Shown piece by piece: positions 47,491 to 56,425 of a stretch of DNA of 64,000 bases (the stretch's first letter is position 1; every line of letters starts with the position of its first letter). The position numbers and the translations under genes were made by a program. This stretch comes from Candidatus Woesearchaeota archaeon (GTDB lineage Archaea > Nanobdellota > Nanobdellia > SCGC-AAA011-G17 > GW2011-AR20), in NCBI GenBank assembly GCA_964359725.1, contig CAYHTT010000001.1, forward strand, positions 14,618-78,617, written 5' to 3'. A model generated the notes under the pieces. That model was not told the origin of the DNA, searched no databases, and was given only the letters and a program-made list of their open reading frames with translations.

Positions 47491-48788
47491 AATTCGATTA
47501 ATTTCCTTTTAATTTTAATAGCACTTAAAGATTCTCCAGAATGCCAACTCATTTTTGGCCTTATCCTCATTGGATAAATTCTTTCATTATTATCATCTAG
47601 AATTATAGCAGCACCTTTATCTTTAGGTAAATTATTTAAATGAGTTAATATATCTTGAGTTAAATAAGTTTGATTTATTGTATTTAATGCTTCAATATCT
47701 GGTTTAGCTGTTACCCTATGGCTAATTACAATATCACTTTGCGTAATAACATCACGATGAATTTCACCTGGTTGTTGAGTAGCCATTACCAAACTTATTC
47801 CAGGTTGTCTGCCTTCTCTTATTAACTGGATTAGAGCATCTGTTGCAGGAGTTTTACCTTCTTTTGGTAAAAATTCATGACCCTCGTCTATAAAAATCCA
47901 AACTAAGGGTAATTCTTGTTTTTTATCTTCTTCTATACTAAAATAATGTCTGCTAGTTTCCAATTCCTCTAGTTCTTCATATTTTCTAATTGAAATTCTT
48001 TCTTGTAATAATTTCTTGCTTATTATACTAGCAACTAAAGCTTTAACATTAAAATCATCATAAACACTTGTATCAAGAATACTAACTTCACCACTTTTAA
48101 CAATATCCTTAATTTCACTACCCTCAATATCAAATAAACCCCATGATTTAACAGCTTGAAATCTATTTTCAGTTGCATTTTTTGTATCTTGGTCTGTATT
48201 TGTATCTAATTTAATTTCAGCTATAACATCCTCTATACTATACTCTCCTATTAGCTTAGTTAAAATTCTTTCAATCAATACCCCAATATTACTTGTAATT
48301 GAGACATTAAATATATTACACCAATCTAAAGCATTTAATTCACCTGGCTTTATACTAAAACTATAATCTACAGGAATTCCTCTTTCTTTATATTCGTCAA
48401 ATTTTCCTTTTGGTGTATAAACCTTAACATCTAAGCCACGAGGTTCTAAACCCCATTCTTTTAATAAATCAGTTTGCCTTTCATTTGGAAATTTCATACT
48501 CCAAAAAATCCCCATCGTATCAAATATTAATATAGCTAAATTTTTCTTAATATCTTCTTGTAAATTAGCCATACCTTCTGCCATTACCCCAATCGAATAG
48601 GATTTTCCAGATCCTTTTTTACCCGCTATCAAAATTGTATGTGGTTTAGCTATATCAAGTAAAATATAATTACTTAAAGAAGTAGTTTGGCCCATTTTAA
48701 CATAACTTTTGCCAAGATAAATTAACCCATTCATGCCAAGCTCTTTTTGCTCTTTTTCATTTCTACCAATTATTATGTTATAAGGCAT
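47487..48788 (-). CDS. HerA/FtsK-superfamily (DUF87) ATPase
   Basis: GKKGSGKS, DTMG, IDEGH, REGRQPG and ATQQP motifs. Confidence 0.88.
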   Translation of the reverse strand: MPYNIIIGRNEKEQKELGMNGLIYLGKSYVKMGQTTSLSNYILLDIAKPHTILIAGKKGSGKSYSIGVMAEGMANLQEDIKKNLAILIFDTMGIFWSMKFPNERQTDLLKEWGLEPRGLDVKVYTPKGKFDEYKERGIPVDYSFSIKPGELNALDWCNIFNVSITSNIGVLIERILTKLIGEYSIEDVIAEIKLDTNTDQDTKNATENRFQAVKSWGLFDIEGSEIKDIVKSGEVSILDTSVYDDFNVKALVASIISKKLLQERISIRKYEELEELETSRHYFSIEEDKKQELPLVWIFIDEGHEFLPKEGKTPATDALIQLIREGRQPGISLVMATQQPGEIHRDVITQSDIVISHRVTAKPDIEALNTINQTYLTQDILTHLNNLPKDKGAAIILDDNNERIYPMRIRPKMSWHSGESLSAIKIKRKLIEL

Positions 48789-48846
48789 TTTCTAACAAAA
48801 ACTTTTTAAACATATAAATCTTTTTAATTTTTGTAAAGGAGTTAAA

Positions 48847-49692
48847 ATGTGGAATCAAATTAAAACTGTATTATTGCTTGGAATCTTAACAGCTTTATTA
48901 TTATTTATAGGAAGCTTTTTTGGTCCAACTGGTTTAACCATTGCACTTGTAGTAGTTGTATTAATGAATTCTATAATGTATTTTTTCTCAGATAAAATTG
49001 CCTTAATGATGTATCGTGCTCATGAGATAAAGAAGAATGAATACCTTTATTTTCATTCCATAATTGATGAGTTATGCAAAGAAAATAAGATGAAAAAACC
49101 CAGACTTTACGTAATTCCAAGTGAGCAAAGTAACGCGTTCGCGACCGGTAGAAATGAGAAAAATGCGGCAGTTGCATGTACCAAAGGTATTTTAAAACTA
49201 TTAACAAAAGAAGAATTAAAAGGAGTATTAGCGCACGAGCTTTCTCATATAAAAAATAAAGATATTTTAATAACTACAATAGCAGCAACCATAGCTGGGA
49301 TTATTTCATATTTAGCTTTTATGGCAAGATTTGCAGCTATTTTTGGTGGTATGGGGAGAAACAGAGAAGGTGGTGGTAACATATTAGGATTACTCGTATT
49401 AGCAATTCTTACACCAATAATTGCTTTAATAATTCAATTAGCAATTTCAAGAAGTCGTGAGTATTTAGCAGATGAAACAGGAGCAAGATTAGTTAAAGAT
49501 GGTAAGCCATTAGCAAGAGCATTAGAAAAAATACATCACTCAGTTAAACAGCATCCTTTAACTTTTGGCTCACAGTCAGGATCTAGTTTATTTATAGCAA
49601 ATCCTTTTAAATCAGATTTTTTCACTAATATTCTATCTACCCACCCTTCATTATCAAGTCGCTTGGAAAGACTTGCTAAAATGAAGTTTTAA
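48847..49692 (+). CDS. htpX: Zinc metalloprotease HtpX
   Basis: NAFATGR, HELSH, SRSREYLAD and STHP motifs; GGAG SD. Confidence 0.95.
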   Translation: MWNQIKTVLLLGILTALLLFIGSFFGPTGLTIALVVVVLMNSIMYFFSDKIALMMYRAHEIKKNEYLYFHSIIDELCKENKMKKPRLYVIPSEQSNAFATGRNEKNAAVACTKGILKLLTKEELKGVLAHELSHIKNKDILITTIAATIAGIISYLAFMARFAAIFGGMGRNREGGGNILGLLVLAILTPIIALIIQLAISRSREYLADETGARLVKDGKPLARALEKIHHSVKQHPLTFGSQSGSSLFIANPFKSDFFTNILSTHPSLSSRLERLAKMKF

Positions 49693-49976
49693 TCAATAAC
49701 TTCTAATTTACCAAATCTGCCAGCTGTCAATTGCTTCTCACCTTGAAACTCACCACAATAACCATTAGTTATTCTAACCTTACTGCCAATCTTAACTACA
49801 TCAATTTCATTATTCCACAAAGTTAATTTTATCTCTCCAGAATCATCTTTTGCAGTAGCTGTGGCAACTCTCCCAGTATTTCCAAATTTATTAAATTCTC
49901 TTATTTCACTTATATCTATGATTTCTAATGTAATATCTATTTTACCTTGTTTTAGAGTAATATCTTTTACTTGCAT
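49689..49976 (-). CDS. Single OB-fold ssDNA-binding protein (SSB/RPA)
   Basis: GRVATA--KDDSG-IKLTLW...ITNGY..EFQG..QLT-GRFG pattern. Confidence 0.9.
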   Translation of the reverse strand: MQVKDITLKQGKIDITLEIIDISEIREFNKFGNTGRVATATAKDDSGEIKLTLWNNEIDVVKIGSKVRITNGYCGEFQGEKQLTAGRFGKLEVID

Positions 49977-50007
49977 GAGATTAAAATTTATATTCGCTTT
50001 ATAAGTT

Positions 50008-51147
50008 TTATGCTACTAAATAATTTATTTCCTCTTTACTTAAATCTAAACTTTTAATAACATCTTTATTTTTTAAAAATTGTTTCATATAAGGCAATTC
50101 TTTTAAAAATTTATATTTTGACATATGCAATTTAGAAACTAATTTCTCGGCCATATTAATTTTTTTCTTTTTCTTTGCATTATAAATCCACATTTTTAAT
50201 AATCTCGAATTTCTTTTATAATTTACAAAAGAATTATTCGCTTGATTTTTAACTAAAGCAATTCCTAAACTCATGAATAATTTTTGATAAACTAAAAATC
50301 TAAAGTATTGTTGTCTTAAAATTCTTTTTCTGTATACATCAGCTTTAGATAATGAACTATAAGCCCTTGCTAAATCATTACCATAATATTCTTTTGGCAA
50401 ATTTTCCTCAAGCCATAAAAAAATTTCATCAAAATTCTCGTTTAAACTATCCACACTATTTAAAATTAAATTAATATCTTTTGTTTTAAAAATATTTTTT
50501 AAAGCATAGAATATTGTTTGATTTCTTTCTCTTAAATCAATATTTTTATCATTTATCATTAATAATGCTAAATCGTTTATTGCAGATCTGGCATCTCCAG
50601 AAGATTTTAAAGCAAGATCTTTTAGTAAATTATCATTAACATTTATTTTCTCTTTTTTACAAATATCTTTTAAAATACTATAAATTATTAAATTGCTTAA
50701 TGTATTAAATTCAATTAATTTACATTTTCTTCTTAATGAAGAGAACTTAGAGTTCCAAGGATTATTCGCTATTAAAACAATTGGGAAATTGACGTTTTCA
50801 AATAATTTTAATAATTCTTGTAACCCACCTCTATCACTCGCGTTAATTCCATCTAATTCATCAATTAAAATTATCTTATTTTTTCCAAATAAACTTTTTT
50901 GTTCTAAATTATTCTTAACTATACTCTGAATTTGTTCTTTATTTCTTAAATCACTAGCATTAACCTCAAGAATTTCATAATTTAATTCATTGGCTATTGT
51001 ATAAACACTAGCTGTTTTGCCAATACCAACTTTTCCATAAATTAATACAGGTTTGTTATTAATAATAGATTTCTTTAATTCTTCTAATTGTTTATCTTGG
51101 CCTTTAAGGTCCTTTATCTTTTTTGGTTTATATTTATTGATTAACAT
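50008..51147 (-). CDS. rfcL: Replication factor C large subunit
   Basis: KYKP, GKVGIGKT, EVNASD-R, DELDG, GDARSAINDL, WLEEN and LSKAD motifs. Confidence 0.92.
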   Translation of the reverse strand: MLINKYKPKKIKDLKGQDKQLEELKKSIINNKPVLIYGKVGIGKTASVYTIANELNYEILEVNASDLRNKEQIQSIVKNNLEQKSLFGKNKIILIDELDGINASDRGGLQELLKLFENVNFPIVLIANNPWNSKFSSLRRKCKLIEFNTLSNLIIYSILKDICKKEKINVNDNLLKDLALKSSGDARSAINDLALLMINDKNIDLRERNQTIFYALKNIFKTKDINLILNSVDSLNENFDEIFLWLEENLPKEYYGNDLARAYSSLSKADVYRKRILRQQYFRFLVYQKLFMSLGIALVKNQANNSFVNYKRNSRLLKMWIYNAKKKKKINMAEKLVSKLHMSKYKFLKELPYMKQFLKNKDVIKSLDLSKEEINYLVA

Positions 51148-51148
51148 T

Positions 51149-51481
51149 TTATTTTAAATATCTTTTAAGAAGTTTCATAAGAGCCTCGAACTCCTCTAAT
51201 GATTTAATTTTCATATTAATATAATATCCTCCTCCCATTACACCAATATTAGCAGATTTTCTCATACTAAAAGCAAGATCTAATTTATTTCTTACCTTAT
51301 CCCACAAAAAAGATTCATCCCCTGTTGTTTCACTATCCTCATCTATAATTCTTAATAATTTATTATAATCTTTCTTTAATTTCATATATTCATCATACCT
51401 GTTTTTATCTAACGCTCTTTTTAATTTTTCAAGCAGAGAATAAGCCATTTTCTTTACATTCATTATTTCTTCTTTAGTCAT
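51149..51481 (-). CDS. Hypothetical protein between rfcS and rfcL
   Basis: 110-aa ORF whose start overlaps the rfcS stop. Confidence 0.6.
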   Translation of the reverse strand: MTKEEIMNVKKMAYSLLEKLKRALDKNRYDEYMKLKKDYNKLLRIIDEDSETTGDESFLWDKVRNKLDLAFSMRKSANIGVMGGGYYINMKIKSLEEFEALMKLLKRYLK

Positions 51482-52422
51482 TTTTTACTCATATATGCTA
51501 ATAACGCACCAAGCTGTATAAATTCATCACTACCTTCAACCAATCTAAATTCTACTTCACCACATTTATCTATTAACTCTAATTTTTTATTATCATCTAT
51601 TTTTAAATTTAAAATTTCTTTTTGTATTTGTTTTATTATATCTAATCCGCTTAATCCATTTTTTAACATAACATCAATTAATTTATCTCTTGATTCAATA
51701 AATTTACCTTTAATAGCTAACTCCAAAACATCTTTAATTTCTTTAGGTTCAATACTCCCAACAACATCATAAATTGTTTTTTCAATTATATTATTACCAA
51801 TACTAGCACAACTTTGTAATATATTTTCAACCCTTCTTACATCACCCTCACTTATGTTATATAGTAAATCAGCTACACTATCAGAAATTTTTAATTTCTC
51901 TTCTTTTGCAATTCTATTAACTATTTTCTTAATATCATTTTTCTCTAATGGCTTAAATCTAAATATTGTACATCTGCTTTGTATTGGCTCAATTACCTTA
52001 CTTGAGAAATTACAACTTAAACAAAATCTTGTATTTTCTGCAAAATTCTCCATTGTTCTACGTAAAGCTTGTTGCGCTTCTCTCGTTAATGAATCACACT
52101 CATCTAAATAAATTATCTTAAAAGGAACATCTCCTATAGATTTAGTTCTAGCAAAATCCTTTATCACCCCCCTTATAGTATCTATGCCACGTTCATCAGA
52201 AGCATTTAGCTCGAGAAAATTTTGTCTCCATTTTTCTCCATAAAGTTCTTTAGCAACAATTAATATTAAAGAAGTCTTACCTGTACCTGGAGGACCAGAG
52301 AATAATAAATGAGGCAAGTTTTTTTGCTTTACCATAGCTTTAATTCTTTCAACAATAATATCTTGCCCAACTAATTCATCAAAGATTTTTGGACGATATT
52401 TTTCAATAAAAATTTCATTCAT
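51478..52422 (-). CDS. rfcS: Replication factor C small subunit
   Basis: EKYRP, GPPGTGKT, ELNASDERGID, ALRRTME and SRC motifs. Confidence 0.97.
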   Translation of the reverse strand: MNEIFIEKYRPKIFDELVGQDIIVERIKAMVKQKNLPHLLFSGPPGTGKTSLILIVAKELYGEKWRQNFLELNASDERGIDTIRGVIKDFARTKSIGDVPFKIIYLDECDSLTREAQQALRRTMENFAENTRFCLSCNFSSKVIEPIQSRCTIFRFKPLEKNDIKKIVNRIAKEEKLKISDSVADLLYNISEGDVRRVENILQSCASIGNNIIEKTIYDVVGSIEPKEIKDVLELAIKGKFIESRDKLIDVMLKNGLSGLDIIKQIQKEILNLKIDDNKKLELIDKCGEVEFRLVEGSDEFIQLGALLAYMSKK

Positions 52423-52501
52423 GTAACTAATTAAATCTATAATCTTTATAAAAGTTATGTAAAAATAAAAAAGAAATAGCTATCTAAGATAATAATTAAC
52501 T

Positions 52502-52834
52502 TTATTCTTCACCAAATGATTCAGAATCCTCTACTTCTTCATCACTTTCTTCAGCTTCGGGCATTTCTTCTGATTCTTTACTTTCTTTTACCTTTTCGCT
52601 ACCAGCACCAACTATTTCTCCAAAGCCTACTTTTCTTAATACCTTAGTTATTTTTATTTTAACGTTTTCCCCTTGTTTTGCATTTGGTACAAAGATGACA
52701 AAGCCCTTTATTTTTGCTATCCCATCACCCTTTTCACCAACTGCCTCTATCTTTACTTCAATTTCATCTCCGACATTTACAGGAGCAAAGCTACCTCTGT
52801 CCTGATGACCTCGAAATTTTCTATCTCTATACAT
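52502..52834 (-). CDS. Single TRAM-domain RNA-binding protein with an acidic tail
   Basis: APVNVGD...GEKGDGIAKIKGFVIFVP; GGAGTG SD. Confidence 0.93.
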   Translation of the reverse strand: MYRDRKFRGHQDRGSFAPVNVGDEIEVKIEAVGEKGDGIAKIKGFVIFVPNAKQGENVKIKITKVLRKVGFGEIVGAGSEKVKESKESEEMPEAEESDEEVEDSESFGEE

Positions 52835-52984
52835 ATTTTTTACACTCCTTAAGTTTATTCAATTACTAAAACTACCTTAAAAGTAGCCTTAATAACTGTA
52901 ATTTTAATTATTAAAATTAAGATTTATAAAACTTTGCTTTTAAAGCTAGAAAAATATTTAAACTATGTTAATAAATGTTGTAAG

Positions 52985-55774
52985 ATGTATAACTTTAAAA
53001 ATGTTGAAGAAGAAGTAACTAATCTTTGGAATAAACAAAGTAAAGAAATTAAAGCTTCATTGCAATATGATTCCAAGAAAAAGCTTTATTCTTTCTTAGA
53101 AGGACCACCCACTGCAAATGCTCCTCCCGGATTACATCATGTAGAAATGCGCGTTTTCAAAGATTTATTTTGCAGGTTTAAATATATGCAAGGTTTTACT
53201 GTACCGAGAAAAGGTGGTTGGGATTGTCATGGATTACCAGTAGAAGTCCAAGTTGAAAAATCTTTAAAATTAAATTCAAAAAAAGATATCTTGCGTTATG
53301 GCATAGCAAAATTTAACAAAAAATGTCATGATTCTGTTTTTTCCTATATTCAAGATTGGAGTAAATTAACTGAGAAAATGGCTTTTTGGATTGATTTAGA
53401 AAAACCTTATGTTACTCTAGATAATAATTATATAGAAAGTGTTTGGTGGTCTTTAAAAGAATTATATAATAAAAAAATGTTGTATGAAGGCCATAAAGTT
53501 GTTCCTTTTTGCCCTAGATGTGAAACTCCATTAAGTAGCCATGAAGTTGCCCTTGGTTATAAAGATGTTACCGAACCAACGATTACTGTAAAATTTAAAT
53601 TAAAAAATAAAAATCAGTATTTACTAGCGTGGACAACTACACCATGGACTTTGCCTAGTAATTTAGCTTTAGCAATAAATCCAAAAATAGATTATGCTGT
53701 TGTTAAACAAGATAATAGTGAGTATATTCTAGCTAGTGATTTGGTTAAAAAATATTTTGAAAATGCTAAGATAATCAAAAAAATAAAAGGCAAAGAATTA
53801 CTTAATTTAAAATACGAACCAATATTCCCATATTTTAAGAATTTAAAAAATTCATTTAAAATTATTGCAGGCAAGTTTGTTTCTACAGAAGAGGGTACTG
53901 GAATTGTGCATATGGCCCCTGCATTTGGTGAAGATGATTATGAAGCTTGCAAGTTAAACAAAATTGATTTTGTACAACCAATAGATGAAACAGGCCATTT
54001 TACTAGTGAAGTTAAAGATTTTAGAGGAATGTTTGTTAAAGATGCAGATCCAAAAATAATTGATTACTTAGAAAAAAAAGAAATTTTATTTAGCAAAGAA
54101 TCTTATACACATAGTTATCCATTTTGTTGGAGATGCGAGACCCCATTAATTTATTATGCAATGAAATCATGGTTTATTAAAGTTAGTTCATTTCGTGATC
54201 AATTATTAAAAAATAATGCTAAAATAAATTGGATTCCTAAACATATTAAAGAGGGGAGATTTGGAAATTGGTTAGAGGGAGCAAAAGATTGGGCATTATC
54301 AAGGAAAAAATTCTGGGGAACACCTTTGCCGATATGGCGTTGTAACAAATGCAAAAATGAAATTATTATTGGAAGTATAAAAGAATTAAAAGAAAAATCT
54401 GGAATTAAAAAAGATATTGATTTACATAAACCAGAGATTGATAACGTAAAAATAAAATGTAATAAATGTAAAGCTTTTATGACTAGAGTACAAGATGTTA
54501 TTGATTGTTGGTATGATTCTGGTGCAGCAACATTCGCCCAATTTCACTATCCCTTTGAGAATAAAGAAATTTTTGCGAAAGGTTTTCCTTATGACTTTAT
54601 AGCAGAAGCAATTGATCAAACTCGAGGTTGGTTTTATACATTACATGTTCTTGGTACTTTATTATTTAGCAGGAATGCTTATAAAAATGTAGTTTGTGCT
54701 GGATTGCTTTTAGATGAAAAAGGAGAGAAAATGAGTAAGAGTAAAGGTAATGTTATTGATCCTTGGTACATGTTTAATACTGTTGGTGTAGATGCCACTA
54801 GATTACAATTTTGTATTACTGAAGTAGGGGATGATAAAAGATTTAGTGTAAATTTAGTTAATCAGCAAGTAATGCCATTCTTAACTATTCTATGGAATTC
54901 ATATCAATATTCTAAATTATTAAAATCTACAAATAAGCCAAATTTACAATTAGAGGATAAATGGATTTTATCTCGGGTTAATACATTAATTAATGATGTT
55001 ACACAAGAATTAGAAAAACATAATTATAATAAGTGTCTTGCAAATTTTATAAATTTTGTAAATGAAGATCTATCTCGTACTTATATTAAATTAATTCGTG
55101 AGAGAGCAGATAATAATGATACTACATTATGTTATGTATTTAATTACATTTTTAATAGATTAGCAAAATTATTAGCACCATTTGCCCCATATATTTCTGA
55201 TTACTTGTATCAGAATATTGAGAAAAAAAGTGTTCATTTAGCGGAATGGCCTTTAGCAGATAGACATATGATAAAAAAAGATCTTGAAGATTATATGTTA
55301 CATGCTAAAAATGTCATACAAAAAATTCTTAGCGAGAGAGCAAATAAACAGATTGGGGTAAGATGGCCTTTAGCAGAGATTACAATATTAACTAAAGATG
55401 ACATTATATTTAAATCTATAAAAAATTTAGAAATTTTAGTGAAAAAACAAGTTAATTGTAAAAAATTAATTGTTAAGAAACAAGATACCGAGCAAGAATT
55501 TGAGGTTATATTAAATACAAAATTAACACCAGCTTTAGAGAAAGAAGGATTTACTCGTGAAGTAATTAGAAGAATACAAGATTTAAGAAAGAAAGCTAAA
55601 TTAAATAAGCAAGATAAAATTGAATTATATTTATTAAGTAAAATCGATTTAGATTTAGAATTAATTAAAAAAATAACTAATGCAAAATTAGTAAAAAATT
55701 TAACTCATGCTAAATATTCTGATAAATTTAAAATAAAAGATAAAGAATTTTTAGTTTGGTTTAATAAAATTTAA
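52985..55774 (+). CDS. ileS: Isoleucine--tRNA ligase
   Basis: EGPPTAN, GWDCHGLP, WTTTPWTLP, DQTRGWFY and KMSKS motifs; probable ATG at 52985. Confidence 0.97.
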   Translation: MYNFKNVEEEVTNLWNKQSKEIKASLQYDSKKKLYSFLEGPPTANAPPGLHHVEMRVFKDLFCRFKYMQGFTVPRKGGWDCHGLPVEVQVEKSLKLNSKKDILRYGIAKFNKKCHDSVFSYIQDWSKLTEKMAFWIDLEKPYVTLDNNYIESVWWSLKELYNKKMLYEGHKVVPFCPRCETPLSSHEVALGYKDVTEPTITVKFKLKNKNQYLLAWTTTPWTLPSNLALAINPKIDYAVVKQDNSEYILASDLVKKYFENAKIIKKIKGKELLNLKYEPIFPYFKNLKNSFKIIAGKFVSTEEGTGIVHMAPAFGEDDYEACKLNKIDFVQPIDETGHFTSEVKDFRGMFVKDADPKIIDYLEKKEILFSKESYTHSYPFCWRCETPLIYYAMKSWFIKVSSFRDQLLKNNAKINWIPKHIKEGRFGNWLEGAKDWALSRKKFWGTPLPIWRCNKCKNEIIIGSIKELKEKSGIKKDIDLHKPEIDNVKIKCNKCKAFMTRVQDVIDCWYDSGAATFAQFHYPFENKEIFAKGFPYDFIAEAIDQTRGWFYTLHVLGTLLFSRNAYKNVVCAGLLLDEKGEKMSKSKGNVIDPWYMFNTVGVDATRLQFCITEVGDDKRFSVNLVNQQVMPFLTILWNSYQYSKLLKSTNKPNLQLEDKWILSRVNTLINDVTQELEKHNYNKCLANFINFVNEDLSRTYIKLIRERADNNDTTLCYVFNYIFNRLAKLLAPFAPYISDYLYQNIEKKSVHLAEWPLADRHMIKKDLEDYMLHAKNVIQKILSERANKQIGVRWPLAEITILTKDDIIFKSIKNLEILVKKQVNCKKLIVKKQDTEQEFEVILNTKLTPALEKEGFTREVIRRIQDLRKKAKLNKQDKIELYLLSKIDLDLELIKKITNAKLVKNLTHAKYSDKFKIKDKEFLVWFNKI

Positions 55775-55777
55775 TTA

Positions 55778-55842
55778 CTTATAAATAATCACACTTCCTT
55801 TATAAATAACCTTTATATAGTTTGCTATTCCTTTATAAATAA
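55778..55842 (+). promoter_or_regulatory. Cluster of four TATA-box-like elements upstream of tbp
   Basis: CTTATAAATAA (55778), TTCCTTTATAAATAA (55795), CCTTTATATA (55810) and TTCCTTTATAAATAA (55828). Confidence 0.6.
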
Positions 55843-55870
55843 AATTTTAAAAAAAGAAGGGGGTTAAATA

Positions 55871-56425
55871 ATGGCTAAAAGCAGATCTAAAATAAAAATA
55901 CAAAATATTGTTGTTTCTACTTCTTTAGAACATGATATACCATTAATAAAACTTGCTGAGGTTCTACCAAACACAGAATATAATCCTGAGCAATTTCCAG
56001 GTTTGGTAATGCGTATTAAAAATCCAAAAACTTCTGCATTAATTTTTAGTTCTGGAAAAGTTGTTTGTACTGGTGCAAAGTCAATAACAAAAGTAAAAGA
56101 GTCTTTGAGTAAGATAATAGAAAATTTACGCAAGATTAGAATTAAAATAAAAGTTAAACCAAAAATAAATGTACAAAATATGGTTGCCTCTGGCACAATA
56201 AATATGGATTTAAATTTAAATTCTTTAGCAATGAAGTTAGAGAATACAGAATACGAGCCAGAACAATTTCCAGGATTAGTTTATAAGCTACCTGGAACAA
56301 GAGCAACGTTTTTATTGTTTAGTAATGGAAAAATTGTATGCACTGGAACAAGATCAGAAGTTAAATTAAGAGAGGCTGTTGCAAAATTAGTTAGTAATTT
56401 AAGAAAAATAAATAAGCTAAAATGA
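55871..56425 (+). CDS. tbp: TATA-box-binding protein
   Basis: Two repeats of QN-V...EY-PEQFPGLV...LIF-SGK-VCTG; GGGGG SD. Confidence 0.98.
   Translation: MAKSRSKIKIQNIVVSTSLEHDIPLIKLAEVLPNTEYNPEQFPGLVMRIKNPKTSALIFSSGKVVCTGAKSITKVKESLSKIIENLRKIRIKIKVKPKINVQNMVASGTINMDLNLNSLAMKLENTEYEPEQFPGLVYKLPGTRATFLLFSNGKIVCTGTRSEVKLREAVAKLVSNLRKINKLK

Noticed and set aside
52934..52984. ORF-track N-terminal extension of IleRS (similarly MazG, DUF2238, top6B and the 28584 start)
   Set aside because: The extensions start at alternative codons and run through promoter-like or overlapping sequence; downstream ATG/GTG starts fit better.
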